Shown here: positions 50,240-58,850 of the stretch, piece after piece | Numbering within the stretch: the stretch's first letter is position 1 | Layout of the letters: each line of letters opens with the position of its first letter | Source: a virus | DNA: 64,000 bases | Strand: one strand, 5' to 3' | Virus record (IMG/VR): IMGVR_UViG_3300043429_000130 | Span: 32,001-96,000 of that record | The notes under the pieces: generated by a model | The model's input: only the letters and a program-made list of their open reading frames with translations | The model's database searches: none | What the model was told of the DNA's origin: nothing | Translations under genes and position numbers: made by a program

Positions 50240-50752
50240 CTATTGGTCATACGCTAAGTTTTGTCCTCCTCTAACTTGAGACTGTTGTTCTTCCATTAAG
50301 TCTCTGTACACTCCCTTAAAACTTTGTCTAACAGAGTCAAATCTTTCTGCAATTCTAAGGATGGCTGTAGCAGATCCGTCTCTGCCAGATGTCACTTTTT
50401 CTGTAGCCATAAAGCCGGCCATGTTATCTAGTGCAATCTTAATACCCTGGTATGCTCTATATGTAGGAGTTTCGTACATTTTCTTACACATACGTAATCC
50501 ATTTATTACAAGATCATCTTCTGTAGAAAAATCACCGTCCACTTCTGCTAGAATGATATCTTCTTTATCTGTTTCAGGAACATCAAAGAAAGGATTTAAA
50601 TCTGGGTTAGGACATGTCATGTAGAATAAGTAAGAATACACCTTAGTAGATTCATCACCATACTCATCCATAATATCTTTTAAAAACTTTAAGGTGTAAC
50701 AGTGTTCACTAGGAACCACCTTACCATTAGCTATATCAAATAATCTTACCAT
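50240..50752 (-). CDS. Conserved phage protein (terminase small subunit candidate)
   Basis: 170 aa helical protein upstream of terL; function inferred from position only. Confidence 0.45.
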   Translation of the reverse strand: MVRLFDIANGKVVPSEHCYTLKFLKDIMDEYGDESTKVYSYLFYMTCPNPDLNPFFDVPETDKEDIILAEVDGDFSTEDDLVINGLRMCKKMYETPTYRAYQGIKIALDNMAGFMATEKVTSGRDGSATAILRIAERFDSVRQSFKGVYRDLMEEQQSQVRGGQNLAYDQ

Positions 50753-51270
50753 TAATTCCAGTGTTTATTATATCTTTCAAAATAGAAAGTTAAATCTTGT
50801 TTACTATCATCGTAGTATTCTCCTACAACGTCACTCTTAAACTTACTACCTACATTTTCATACAAGGTAGTAGTAATTATATTACCAACCACTTTCTTTT
50901 TTAACAAATTAGTAAGCCATGTATATGTGCCTCCACGAATTACGCCTGCTTCTACTAAAACATAGTTAGTATAAAATGTATCAGTAAACTGAAAATGGAA
51001 ATGTAAATCCATAGTAGCTCTATCAACATATTTGTTTATAGTCTCATCAGGATAGGATACATGTATAGGTAGGATATCACACATTTCTCCATCTGCACTT
51101 AGATGATGAGCTACATGCATAGCCACTGTAGCAGAATAGTCTGGACTCACCATAATAACAAGTGTGTTCTTAGGTGTTAAGTCTGGATATTTTTCCACTA
51201 TCTTTTTACACAACTCAGGAATTAGTTTCCTTTCCTTTAAAGGACTAACTAACAAGGTTTTTCTTGGCAT
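50752..51270 (-). CDS. Phosphoribosyltransferase-fold protein
   Basis: VLVEAGVIRGGTY resembles the PRPP-binding loop (VLLVDDxxxTGxT). Confidence 0.5.
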   Translation of the reverse strand: MPRKTLLVSPLKERKLIPELCKKIVEKYPDLTPKNTLVIMVSPDYSATVAMHVAHHLSADGEMCDILPIHVSYPDETINKYVDRATMDLHFHFQFTDTFYTNYVLVEAGVIRGGTYTWLTNLLKKKVVGNIITTTLYENVGSKFKSDVVGEYYDDSKQDLTFYFERYNKHWN

Positions 51271-51427
51271 TCTTTGTCATTTTACGTCTGTTTCTTTTCT
51301 TCTTATTCTGCTCTTTAAGAAGCTCTAGTAAAAGCTGCATTCTTCTAGCTTGACTTTTATTAAACTCATCTATGATTGCATCAAACATGGGATCTGTAAT
51401 CCAATTACCGTTCCTTAATTTATACAT
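51245..51427 (-). CDS. Hypothetical protein (60 aa)
   Basis: Operon-coupled small ORF. Confidence 0.45.
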   Translation of the reverse strand: MYKLRNGNWITDPMFDAIIDEFNKSQARRMQLLLELLKEQNKKKRNRRKMTKNAKKNLVS

Positions 51428-52266
51428 TAGTGTTTAGCTTTTAGTTTATCTCTGTTATCTTCTAACCAATGTAGTAAGTTAATAACCTCAGCTTTTAAAT
51501 ATGGAAGATCATACTGTACAATATCCTTCACTATAGGATCACCATTTGTATCAAGAGCGGTGATTGGGTTACCAAACTTATCTGTACCCACTGTCTCAAA
51601 TACAATGTGGTGAATAGTAAGTACTCCGGGCTTAAGTCTTGGATTGTGCTTAAGAATAATATACATGTACAAGCTAAGCTGTAATGCATAGTGGTTTACG
51701 TTACAATCATCTAAATGATTAACAGGAAAGTTCATTTTGGTAGTTATACCTTCCCAGTTAGTAAAGCCTTCTGTCTTGATTTCTTTGTTAGTCTTATAGT
51801 CTGTAATATGTACTTCTCCATTAATCACTTCTACTAAATCTGACTGACCACATAAGCCAGCACTCTTTAGGTAAACCATGTGCTCAGGATATACACCATC
51901 TGTGAGCTTCTGGTTTGGAGAAAATTTAGTACCCTCAATCTCAATTGGTTTAAAAATAGGAACAGTACTACCATGTCGTTCCATTGTTTCTAGTGAACAT
52001 ATATCTGATTCTCTGCAGTTGTGATACCATGTACCTAATGTTGTTGCTCTAAGAGCCTCATTAGCCCATGCTTGTTTAATTTCTTCTGGCGTCATGCCGT
52101 ACCATTTAGACTTCTTAGACTTAGACGTCTTTTCAGCAATCTTATCTGCGTCAAATGGTTGTTTAAAGTTACCAATAAAACTTGTAACTGATATCCATTT
52201 AGTTATATCCTCTGGATTAATACTTGTGTAACTGTGATCGTGTGGGGTGAATCTCAAAATGCTCAT
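51427..52266 (-). CDS. PD-(D/E)XK nuclease (RecB/Cas4-like)
   Basis: SVT, GT.YH, GQSDLV...ITDYKT and YALQLSLY motifs. Confidence 0.85.
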   Translation of the reverse strand: MSILRFTPHDHSYTSINPEDITKWISVTSFIGNFKQPFDADKIAEKTSKSKKSKWYGMTPEEIKQAWANEALRATTLGTWYHNCRESDICSLETMERHGSTVPIFKPIEIEGTKFSPNQKLTDGVYPEHMVYLKSAGLCGQSDLVEVINGEVHITDYKTNKEIKTEGFTNWEGITTKMNFPVNHLDDCNVNHYALQLSLYMYIILKHNPRLKPGVLTIHHIVFETVGTDKFGNPITALDTNGDPIVKDIVQYDLPYLKAEVINLLHWLEDNRDKLKAKH

Positions 52267-52276
52267 ATGTTTATGT

Positions 52277-52606
52277 TTATATTCCTAATTTCTGATTAAT
52301 CATGTCCTCTTCTTCCTGACTCACTTCAGCTTTCCAGTGTCCCTTTGGACAATCTGAAGATAGGGATCTAGTTTTGAACCCTAGTGAACAACCGCAACCT
52401 CCTACTAAATGATTGCAACATGGGCCAGTGCCGGCCACCATGCATCCTGTGTCTTCTTCTGTATATGTATCACATGTTTTACAAATATGCATTCTCTGTT
52501 GTGCAATTTGCTCTACATCCTCTCTCTTAAAGATAGAATTAGTCACTCCCTCCAGTATCTGACCCTTGGCTTTCCATATCTTTATTATGTTCTCTTTTAG
52601 ATTCAT
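52277..52606 (-). CDS. Zn-binding Cys-rich protein
   Basis: RM.ICKTC...GCGC...KTRSLSSDCPKGHW. Confidence 0.65.
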   Translation of the reverse strand: MNLKENIIKIWKAKGQILEGVTNSIFKREDVEQIAQQRMHICKTCDTYTEEDTGCMVAGTGPCCNHLVGGCGCSLGFKTRSLSSDCPKGHWKAEVSQEEEDMINQKLGI

Positions 52607-52970
52607 TACTTTTGGTTTTATGAAGCTTAATAAAATCTTTTCTTTGTTTCTCTTCTTCCATCAGAGCTTTAATAGCTTTTAGATCAAAAAGAGATTCATC
52701 TGTTCTAAATCTAGTGACAATTTCTTGTAAGCCTTTCTGTCTAAAGTTTTCTTTAAACGTCTCAAGCTTTTCTATCTTGTCATCTAGCTTCCAATGTTTG
52801 ATTGTAAAATCTCCTAAATTGGTTACATGTATACGAGCGTGTTTTAAACTAGACAAACTCTTTCTTATTTCCTGCCAGTAAAACGATGTCACATCTGACA
52901 CCATTTGCTGAGAAACTCCTAGCTGTTCAGCTACTATAGGAATAAGATCTTTAGATTTTCTAGGCTTCAA
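52539..52970 (-). CDS. HU/IHF-like DNA-binding protein
   Basis: LIPIVAEQLGVSQQMV...IRKSL...IHVTNLGDF HU-fold signature. Confidence 0.65.
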   Translation of the reverse strand: MKPRKSKDLIPIVAEQLGVSQQMVSDVTSFYWQEIRKSLSSLKHARIHVTNLGDFTIKHWKLDDKIEKLETFKENFRQKGLQEIVTRFRTDESLFDLKAIKALMEEEKQRKDFIKLHKTKSNESKREHNKDMESQGSDTGGSD

Positions 52971-53322
52971 CGCTTAAAAATTTATAGTCTAACAGAATAT
53001 TCCCGTGTGCATGTAGCTTAAGAGTGGGCTCAATAAATATCTTTTTCTTATTCTTTCCTTCCTTCTTAATAAGCCCTTTCTTTTCAGCTTTAGTTAGACA
53101 GTTACGTACAGACTGTGTGCTAGAGAATATCTTCTTGTCGTGTGCTTTGTTACAAAAATGTGTAAGTTCTTGAGCTCCCTCTATAGCCAGAAGTGTGAGG
53201 CAGTTTAGATCTGCCTCACTCACTGGTATATCAAAGAGGTAGCAATGTGTGAGTATCTGATACTTGACAATCTGCCAAGTGGTCATCCTCACTCTTTTAT
53301 CCACCTGATTAACTAATGCCAT
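52960..53322 (-). CDS. Winged-helix DNA-binding protein
   Basis: SSTQSVRNCLTKAEKKGLIKK wHTH-like pattern. Confidence 0.5.
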   Translation of the reverse strand: MALVNQVDKRVRMTTWQIVKYQILTHCYLFDIPVSEADLNCLTLLAIEGAQELTHFCNKAHDKKIFSSTQSVRNCLTKAEKKGLIKKEGKNKKKIFIEPTLKLHAHGNILLDYKFLSVEA

Positions 53323-53328
53323 GTTGAT

Positions 53329-53679
53329 TTATTTTTCTTTCTTTAATGATCTCTGCTTTTCTACAGGAGGCATTTCAGGAATAATCACTTCATCCCCCAC
53401 TTTAATACCTTCTTCAGCAAGCTCTGGATTATTATCCATGTCTTCCTGTGTAATTGTGTGAGGTGTGCCCTGTGGCTTAGCCCCTCCCTGTTGTGTCATT
53501 TGAGCAATGAACGCTAAAGCCTTAAGTTCTTCTGCTCTAGACATAGCTAAACCTGTGTTTAACTCCTGTAGCTCTAGCTGAACTTTCTTTACATCAATCT
53601 GCTCGTTAATAAAAGCAATGATCTCTTCTTTTGTAGGAACCTTTTGTTCTTCTACTGTTTGGTTTTCTGTAGTACTCAT
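53329..53679 (-). CDS. Hypothetical protein
   Basis: 116 aa; coiled coil plus HTITQEDMDNNPEL...GIKVGD motif. Confidence 0.6.
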   Translation of the reverse strand: MSTTENQTVEEQKVPTKEEIIAFINEQIDVKKVQLELQELNTGLAMSRAEELKALAFIAQMTQQGGAKPQGTPHTITQEDMDNNPELAEEGIKVGDEVIIPEMPPVEKQRSLKKEK

Positions 53680-53699
53680 CTTTTGGTTTGTTTAAATTG

Positions 53700-54002
53700 T
53701 TAAAAGTCTAAATCACTATCATCACCCCCTTCCTCTTCTATAGAGGATGAGAAGTTAAATTCTGTAAATATTGGTAGGAATTCTAAATACGGGGTGTCAA
53801 TAATGTAATTATCCCCATGCTCTGTAAAAACCGTGGTGCAGTTGTAAACAAAAGAATCTTCTTCATTAGAGGTGAGCTTAATAGCCACCACTACACCTAG
53901 ATGGAAAGCAAACGGCATCCATTGCCCCTTGTCTTCTATACCCATCATCTCCACTTTATCTATATCTATACTGTGGCAGTGGATGTTGCAACTGTGTATC
54001 AT
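53700..54002 (-). CDS. Hypothetical protein, first gene of the minus-strand block
   Basis: 100 aa, preceded by the promoter-like motif and an AAACCAAAC leader. Confidence 0.6.
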   Translation of the reverse strand: MIHSCNIHCHSIDIDKVEMMGIEDKGQWMPFAFHLGVVVAIKLTSNEEDSFVYNCTTVFTEHGDNYIIDTPYLEFLPIFTEFNFSSSIEEEGGDDSDLDF

Positions 54003-54013
54003 TTGTTGTTTGG

Positions 54014-54030
54014 TTTATATTATAATATAC
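54014..54030 (-). promoter_or_regulatory. Putative phage late promoter motif (variant) GTATATTATAATATAA
   Basis: Heads the minus-strand block. Confidence 0.45.
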
Positions 54031-54249
54031 TTAATAAGTTTAAACTTAACAAATTTAATAATAGATTCCAAACTTACCATAATAATTTTTCAACATTTGT
54101 GTATAACCCCCACCTCTTAGTGTACATATATAGACCCCCCCCCTTGATAACATCCGTAGTAGAGGTTGTGAGTACCCGCCCAACCAAGCTACCCCACCAT
54201 AAATTTGACGGGGGAATACCCCCTCGTTTAACAAGTTAAACTTAAATTT
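54031..54249. other. Divergent strand-switch region with C-runs and a hairpin
   Basis: C9 run at 54135-54143, GGGGG-AATA-CCCCC hairpin at 54210-54223, palindrome TAAGTTTAAACTTA. Confidence 0.6.
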
Positions 54250-54540
54250 ATGGCAGCAACATCATTGCATCTGCTTGCAAAGCAAGCCTTGACCGAAGGT
54301 TCAGAGAACCTTACGTTCAACATTTCTACCGTGGAAACTAAGGCGTTCCCACGTACGAAAAACGTGGCCTTCAGAGCCACGACAGACCAAGGTACTGTCG
54401 TGACCTTCTGGGCCAGTAACATGGACTCTGTGGTAGAGTCCATTGATGACGACGGAAACTTCCGTGTCATCCCCGGCACCCGCAGAGCGGATGACGGCAG
54501 CCTTTGGGATGACTCCCAAAGAAAAGGAATCTGGGATTAA
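54250..54540 (+). CDS. Hypothetical protein, first plus-strand gene (GC-richer than surroundings)
   Basis: 96 aa, followed by an overlapping terminator. Confidence 0.7.
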   Translation: MAATSLHLLAKQALTEGSENLTFNISTVETKAFPRTKNVAFRATTDQGTVVTFWASNMDSVVESIDDDGNFRVIPGTRRADDGSLWDDSQRKGIWD

Positions 54541-54556
54541 CCCAGATTTCTTTTTT
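54526..54556 (+). terminator. Intrinsic terminator
   Basis: GGAATCTGGG-ATTAA-CCCAGATTTC-TTTTTT. Confidence 0.7.
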
Positions 54557-54660
54557 CTGTTCAGTCATACCACAACTCGGTACTACGTCTTATATAGTTT
54601 TTCTGTTAGGATGCAGTACTGAGTTTGTCCTATTTATCCACCATCCTTAACTTATGTCTT

Positions 54661-54813
54661 ATGATTAGATCTAAGAACCTTATGTTTGCTACCTGGGAAG
54701 TATTCCGTAACTGGTATGCATACATGAAACTACGCTTTGTTAACCTAAAGCTTAGACTAGCCAAGCTAGCACCTGGATATACATCCAAAGTTTTTGTTGT
54801 CATTACGTATTAA
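54661..54813 (+). CDS. Small hypothetical protein (about 50 aa)
   Basis: ATG at 54661 (MIRSKNLMFATW...) inside the track ORF. Confidence 0.4.
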   Translation: MIRSKNLMFATWEVFRNWYAYMKLRFVNLKLRLAKLAPGYTSKVFVVITY

Positions 54814-54912
54814 ACAACATTTATACACGTTAACGTATGACACTGTGAGTGGTAGTTAACCTCTACCACTTACTTTTATCCTTTAAATAGCATCTAAACC
54901 ACCCTTTTGGAG

Positions 54913-54930
54913 CGGATAAGATAGCTATAA
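54913..54930 (-). repeat. 18-bp dispersed motif, variant copy TTATAGCTATCTTATCCG
   Basis: Matches the 43718 and 62908 copies except in the centre. Confidence 0.65.
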
Positions 54931-54972
54931 ATACACTAATCCATTCACTCACCCTCTTAATAATTAGATATT

Positions 54973-55191
54973 ATGAAATCTATTATGTTATTAGTTATCT
55001 ACTTTGTCTCATACATATTCTTCTTCCTCTTACTCTCCACTGTAGGTATGTTCTTTACTTCCTATATAGAGACTATTACATCTGACGGCTGGTTCATAGC
55101 TTACAGCATGTTCCTTGGTTGGTGGTTAGCCATCTTCCCAGCCCGTGAGTACTACATCATGAATGAAGAGTATTTTGAAAGAGTATTTTAA
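54973..55191 (+). CDS. Small membrane protein (2 TM)
   Basis: Two hydrophobic segments in 72 aa. Confidence 0.65.
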   Translation: MKSIMLLVIYFVSYIFFFLLLSTVGMFFTSYIETITSDGWFIAYSMFLGWWLAIFPAREYYIMNEEYFERVF

Positions 55192-55195
55192 GACA

Positions 55196-55540
55196 GCTCA
55201 TATTTGACCCCATTAACATAGATATTATATAGTATACTCTATACTGTGTTAAGGAGAGCTCAAATATGAGCCCACTAAAAGTTTTATTCCTATGGAAAAC
55301 ATGAGATTTTTCCCCCTCAAAGTAGTTATGCCAGATGGTCAAGTGTACACACAATCTGTGTATGCTTGTACCAGATGGCATGCTATAGAGAGATTATACT
55401 CTAGAATGTCAGAGTATCAGCCCAATCGTGCTATGTACAAGCTGGCACGCAAGACTAAAAACGCATAGTTTAACGATAGGAGTTTATCTGGTCTACTTCA
55501 TTGATCAGAGGCTTTGTAGGTAGAGGCTCAAAACCTACAT
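55196..55540 (+). ncRNA. Non-coding tract of long imperfect hairpins
   Basis: GCTCATATTTGA/TCAAATATGAGC (55196-55271), TATGCCA..CAAGTGTACAC/GTGTATGCTTG..TGGCATG (55323-55385) and further hairpins. Confidence 0.45.
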
Positions 55541-55564
55541 ATTTTCTATTTCTTATATACGTCC

Positions 55565-55699
55565 ATGAAAAAGCTCCACAAACTCAGCCTAATAGAGACA
55601 GTGTTCTTTATTATAGGTTTATCATTACTTATCACTGGCCTAATAGTATGGTGGTCACGCTTCCTAGAAGTGCACAAATTCCTACTAATGACAGTTTAA
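55565..55699 (+). CDS. Small single-TM peptide (44 aa)
   Basis: MKKLHKLSLIETVFFIIGLSLLITGLIVWWSRFLEVHKFLLMTV; below the track cut-off. Confidence 0.5.
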   Translation: MKKLHKLSLIETVFFIIGLSLLITGLIVWWSRFLEVHKFLLMTV

Positions 55700-55788
55700 C
55701 TTAATATGGATGGTTAGTGAATCCCTGGAGATCATATCAAAGGGGAAACTAACTTCCTAAATCATTTACTAATTCTTAATCTAACTAT

Positions 55789-56160
55789 ATGGTAAAGAAA
55801 TTTTATCAAGAAGAAAACGGACGATGGTACATAGATCTACCAGAGTACATAGAATCAGGAGTTGGCACCAAAGCCAATCTTGAAATGGTGGCAGGTGCAG
55901 ATACATTCTTATCTACACTAGCAAAAGGTGAAAGAACAATCACTATTGAGTTTACAGATGAACACTTTGATGGTCATGATGTACAGCTTATTAGATCATC
56001 AAATTATGGTTATACATCTGAACTAATAGATGAAGCAGAACTTGACGCAGGTGCATGGTATACAGTGAAAGACAACAATCATGATTTATGGTTATGTCCT
56101 GTTGTACTATATCTGTTCAATAACACCTACCCAGAAAACATATTTATTAAAATTCATTAA
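55789..56160 (+). CDS. Hypothetical phage protein (DUF6717-like)
   Basis: WYID...MVAGADTFL...WLCPV pattern recalled from that family. Confidence 0.55.
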   Translation: MVKKFYQEENGRWYIDLPEYIESGVGTKANLEMVAGADTFLSTLAKGERTITIEFTDEHFDGHDVQLIRSSNYGYTSELIDEAELDAGAWYTVKDNNHDLWLCPVVLYLFNNTYPENIFIKIH

Positions 56161-56170
56161 ATCAAGTACA

Positions 56171-56302
56171 TTGAAAAAGTTATTAATCCTTAGCATTATC
56201 ACTATGCTAGGAACAAGTTGTGTAGTTTACAACCCTTACAAACCACATCCACCAAAACAATATAGATGTGTGGTAGGTAAGACAAACTACTGGATTAAGT
56301 AA
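56171..56302 (+). CDS. Small lipoprotein (43 aa)
   Basis: TTG start; MKKLLILSIITMLGTS-C signal peptide with a lipobox-like Cys. Confidence 0.5.
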   Translation: MKKLLILSIITMLGTSCVVYNPYKPHPPKQYRCVVGKTNYWIK

Positions 56303-56325
56303 TTAACCTCCTAAATTCATTACAA

Positions 56326-56814
56326 ATGAAAGTATTCAGTTTAACTGCCTTTGGGCATAAGAGAAGTATAACTGTTAAGGTAGATAGATACCTTAACAAC
56401 CGTATTGCATTACAATTAAATGATGCAATAGATGGACAACCGTATGCTGTGGCTACGGTCAATATGCCAGAAGTATTACTGGCTGATAACGAAGTGCTTA
56501 TTAAAGACTACTCAGAGAATGAGGGTATGATGGACTTCTTAACAAAGTATAACATTGTTACACCTACACAGAATGGTATACAATCTGGCTTTGTGTGGTT
56601 ACCTGTAGCTATTGTTAACGATGAATCTGTATGGGGTGAAGTACCTAATCCATATTCTCTTAACGAAGAGCCAGAATATAACCAGTTAGATCCGGCACCT
56701 GATGAGATTAACACCACTACAGGTAAATCTATGTGGATCATCAAAGACTATCGTATATGGGCAGATAGTTATAAACAAGCCCTTGAGTTATTACCTTTAA
56801 TAGAACAAGCATGA
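56326..56814 (+). CDS. Hypothetical protein (DUF4313-like N-terminal domain)
   Basis: Y.NNRIALQL...GQPYAVATVN...E..IKDYSENEGM.DFL pattern. Confidence 0.55.
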   Translation: MKVFSLTAFGHKRSITVKVDRYLNNRIALQLNDAIDGQPYAVATVNMPEVLLADNEVLIKDYSENEGMMDFLTKYNIVTPTQNGIQSGFVWLPVAIVNDESVWGEVPNPYSLNEEPEYNQLDPAPDEINTTTGKSMWIIKDYRIWADSYKQALELLPLIEQA

Positions 56815-57041
56815 CCAGAATAAATAAAATTACGGTGGCTATTGTTGGTATTATACTACTATGCATAGCCATAACTTATTACAATGCTCTTAAGCATTAC
56901 AAATTACAACAGGTAACTTATGATCTACCTGAAGAGTTTAATCCTCAGACCATATCACATGATAGATCTGATGCAACTCAGATGATGGTGGTGTATGATA
57001 CACTTACCAATACTTACATTTTTGAGTTCATGGATAAATAA
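56811..57041 (+). CDS. Small membrane-anchored protein
   Basis: N-terminal TM segment; 76 aa. Confidence 0.6.
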   Translation: MTRINKITVAIVGIILLCIAITYYNALKHYKLQQVTYDLPEEFNPQTISHDRSDATQMMVVYDTLTNTYIFEFMDK

Positions 57042-57046
57042 TTAAA

Positions 57047-57292
57047 GACGGTGAAGCTAGCATGAGCTAGTAGGGCACGCTCATGCTCAAATCTGGAAAA
57101 CAGGACTGATCAACCATGAGCTACTACAGATGATATGGCTGTCGTGAGGGGGGCTTATGAAAAGGACTGCTGCTTTGATTAACTTCATGTTAGTCAGTAT
57201 GTCTCAGTAGTAAATAAAACACTGACACTAACAGCATAGCTGCTTAGCATTAAGGAACACCAACCACAATCAGTACGTTAAGCTGATTATTT
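57047..57292 (+). ncRNA. Structured intergenic RNA (possible switch/pseudoknot plus three-way junction)
   Basis: AGCATGAGC/GCTCATGCT hairpin whose loop TAGTAG complements downstream CTACTA, followed by a TGCTG/CAGCA three-way junction. Confidence 0.45.
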
Positions 57293-57323
57293 TCTAAATT
57301 AATTCTTTACATACATACTAATC

Positions 57324-57731
57324 ATGTCACAGAAAAAACTAACACCCACAATTGCTAAAGCATTAGCAGAACAAGTTCGTGAAGAACTTAAAAAGAATGC
57401 CTCTGCTCATGCAGAGAAGATTAAACAAGATATTAAAGCTTCTAAGGATTACAAACAGCTTTGTAAGTATGACCAGCAGATGTCAGAAATTAGAACTAAA
57501 ATAGATGAACTAAGACATGCTATACAGGATAAACATTCTGGCATGCTGGCTGACGTATCTATCTATTCTTATAGAGCAGGAGAACAAAGTATTACTATCA
57601 GAGAAACTGCTATGGTTTCTGTAGAAGGTATTAAGAACATGATCTTGTTAGATGATTACTTCTCTAACAGTAGTGATACTCCAGAAGAACTAGTACAACG
57701 TATTGTACAGAAGATTATTAAAACTAAGTAA
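57324..57731 (+). CDS. Hypothetical coiled-coil protein
   Basis: 135 aa ORF with A-rich leader. Confidence 0.65.
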   Translation: MSQKKLTPTIAKALAEQVREELKKNASAHAEKIKQDIKASKDYKQLCKYDQQMSEIRTKIDELRHAIQDKHSGMLADVSIYSYRAGEQSITIRETAMVSVEGIKNMILLDDYFSNSSDTPEELVQRIVQKIIKTK

Positions 57732-57765
57732 AAAGATTATTTATTAATTCCTAAAAACAAATAAG

Positions 57766-58137
57766 ATGGTTAATCAACAAAAGCCACAGAAATTCTTCGT
57801 TAATGAAGAAATCAGTAAGTTAATGCCATATATTAATGGCAGTCTTAAGTTTGACTACAATGTAGCTAAAACATTGGCTACAGAGTTGTCTAGAACTACA
57901 AACTCTGTTTATCAGTATGTTCGTAAGCAGAAGAAAAATTACAAGAACATGGGTAGAGTTACTAGAAAGTACACTAAAAGAGTTAAAGCAGACTCAACTA
58001 AGTCAGTTGATAAATCTGTAGTTAACAACCAAGGTGTGCTTAAACATGGTGAGTTTATCATCCCAATCAACTCTTTTGAACTACGTAGTGACAAAGGAGT
58101 AACAAGCTTAGTTCTTAAGTTTGAAAAGTCTATTTAA
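57766..58137 (+). CDS. Hypothetical basic protein, possibly DNA-binding
   Basis: LATELSRTTNSVYQY HTH-like segment. Confidence 0.6.
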   Translation: MVNQQKPQKFFVNEEISKLMPYINGSLKFDYNVAKTLATELSRTTNSVYQYVRKQKKNYKNMGRVTRKYTKRVKADSTKSVDKSVVNNQGVLKHGEFIIPINSFELRSDKGVTSLVLKFEKSI

Positions 58138-58144
58138 TTCACAC

Positions 58145-58172
58145 AAGAGGGACTGTAACAGGTCCCTCTTTT
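58145..58172 (+). terminator. Intrinsic terminator
   Basis: AAGAGGGAC...GTCCCTCTTTT. Confidence 0.7.
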
Positions 58173-58184
58173 ATAATTAGTGTT

Positions 58185-58766
58185 ATGATACTAAAAAACA
58201 GAGAGTTTGATCACACTCAAGACCATTTTCATGAAGCTATGCAGATTCCTAGTTATATAAGAACTAGATGTCGTGAACGTATATTCTTTTCAGCTTTTTC
58301 TAATGCTTTACAAAGAATAGAACTATTTGAGGATGAAGATGACGCCCCTAAAGAAATGTCTACTGTAACAGGAGACTTGCAACGTACTCTTAGTATGATT
58401 ACTGATGATTTAGAGTACGAATACACATTACTTACTTTCTATGGTCATCAAAAGATGGCTATGGAAGCATTTGGTAGGTATAAGTATTTAAATTCTAAGG
58501 ATCAATCTAAAGAAGATAAGCTTAAACTAAGTATTATCAATCTTATTCAAGAGCTTAAGGATAGAGACGATGATGATGATGACAAGAAAGAAGAAGAGGA
58601 TGAGATTGATAACATCACTGTTAATACTATTATTAAAAGAATATCTATTGTTAAAGACTCACACTATAACTTTGATGTATACTTAAAACAGCTTACTCAA
58701 AAGCTAAGTAGCCGTCCAGATGGTGATTTTAACGTAGATGACTTTCTAAAAAATATCTTTGATTAG
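58185..58766 (+). CDS. Hypothetical acidic protein
   Basis: 193 aa; ends in TAG followed by a terminator. Confidence 0.65.
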   Translation: MILKNREFDHTQDHFHEAMQIPSYIRTRCRERIFFSAFSNALQRIELFEDEDDAPKEMSTVTGDLQRTLSMITDDLEYEYTLLTFYGHQKMAMEAFGRYKYLNSKDQSKEDKLKLSIINLIQELKDRDDDDDDKKEEEDEIDNITVNTIIKRISIVKDSHYNFDVYLKQLTQKLSSRPDGDFNVDDFLKNIFD

Positions 58767-58788
58767 GATTTAGGGTTAGTGAGTAAGG

Positions 58789-58824
58789 TGTAGATGGGAG
58801 TCTTTGACTCCCTCTACATTTTTT
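58789..58824 (+). terminator. Intrinsic terminator
   Basis: TGTAGA-T-GGGAGTC-TTT-GACTCCC-TCTACA-TTTTTT. Confidence 0.7.
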
Positions 58825-58850
58825 ACATATCTAATACAATCACATAGTAC

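Noticed and set aside
55501-55704. Track ORF 55501..55704 and the 56081 start of 56081..56302
   Set aside because: A different frame (55565..55699) and a later TTG start (56171) give more plausible membrane or lipoprotein peptides without overlaps.
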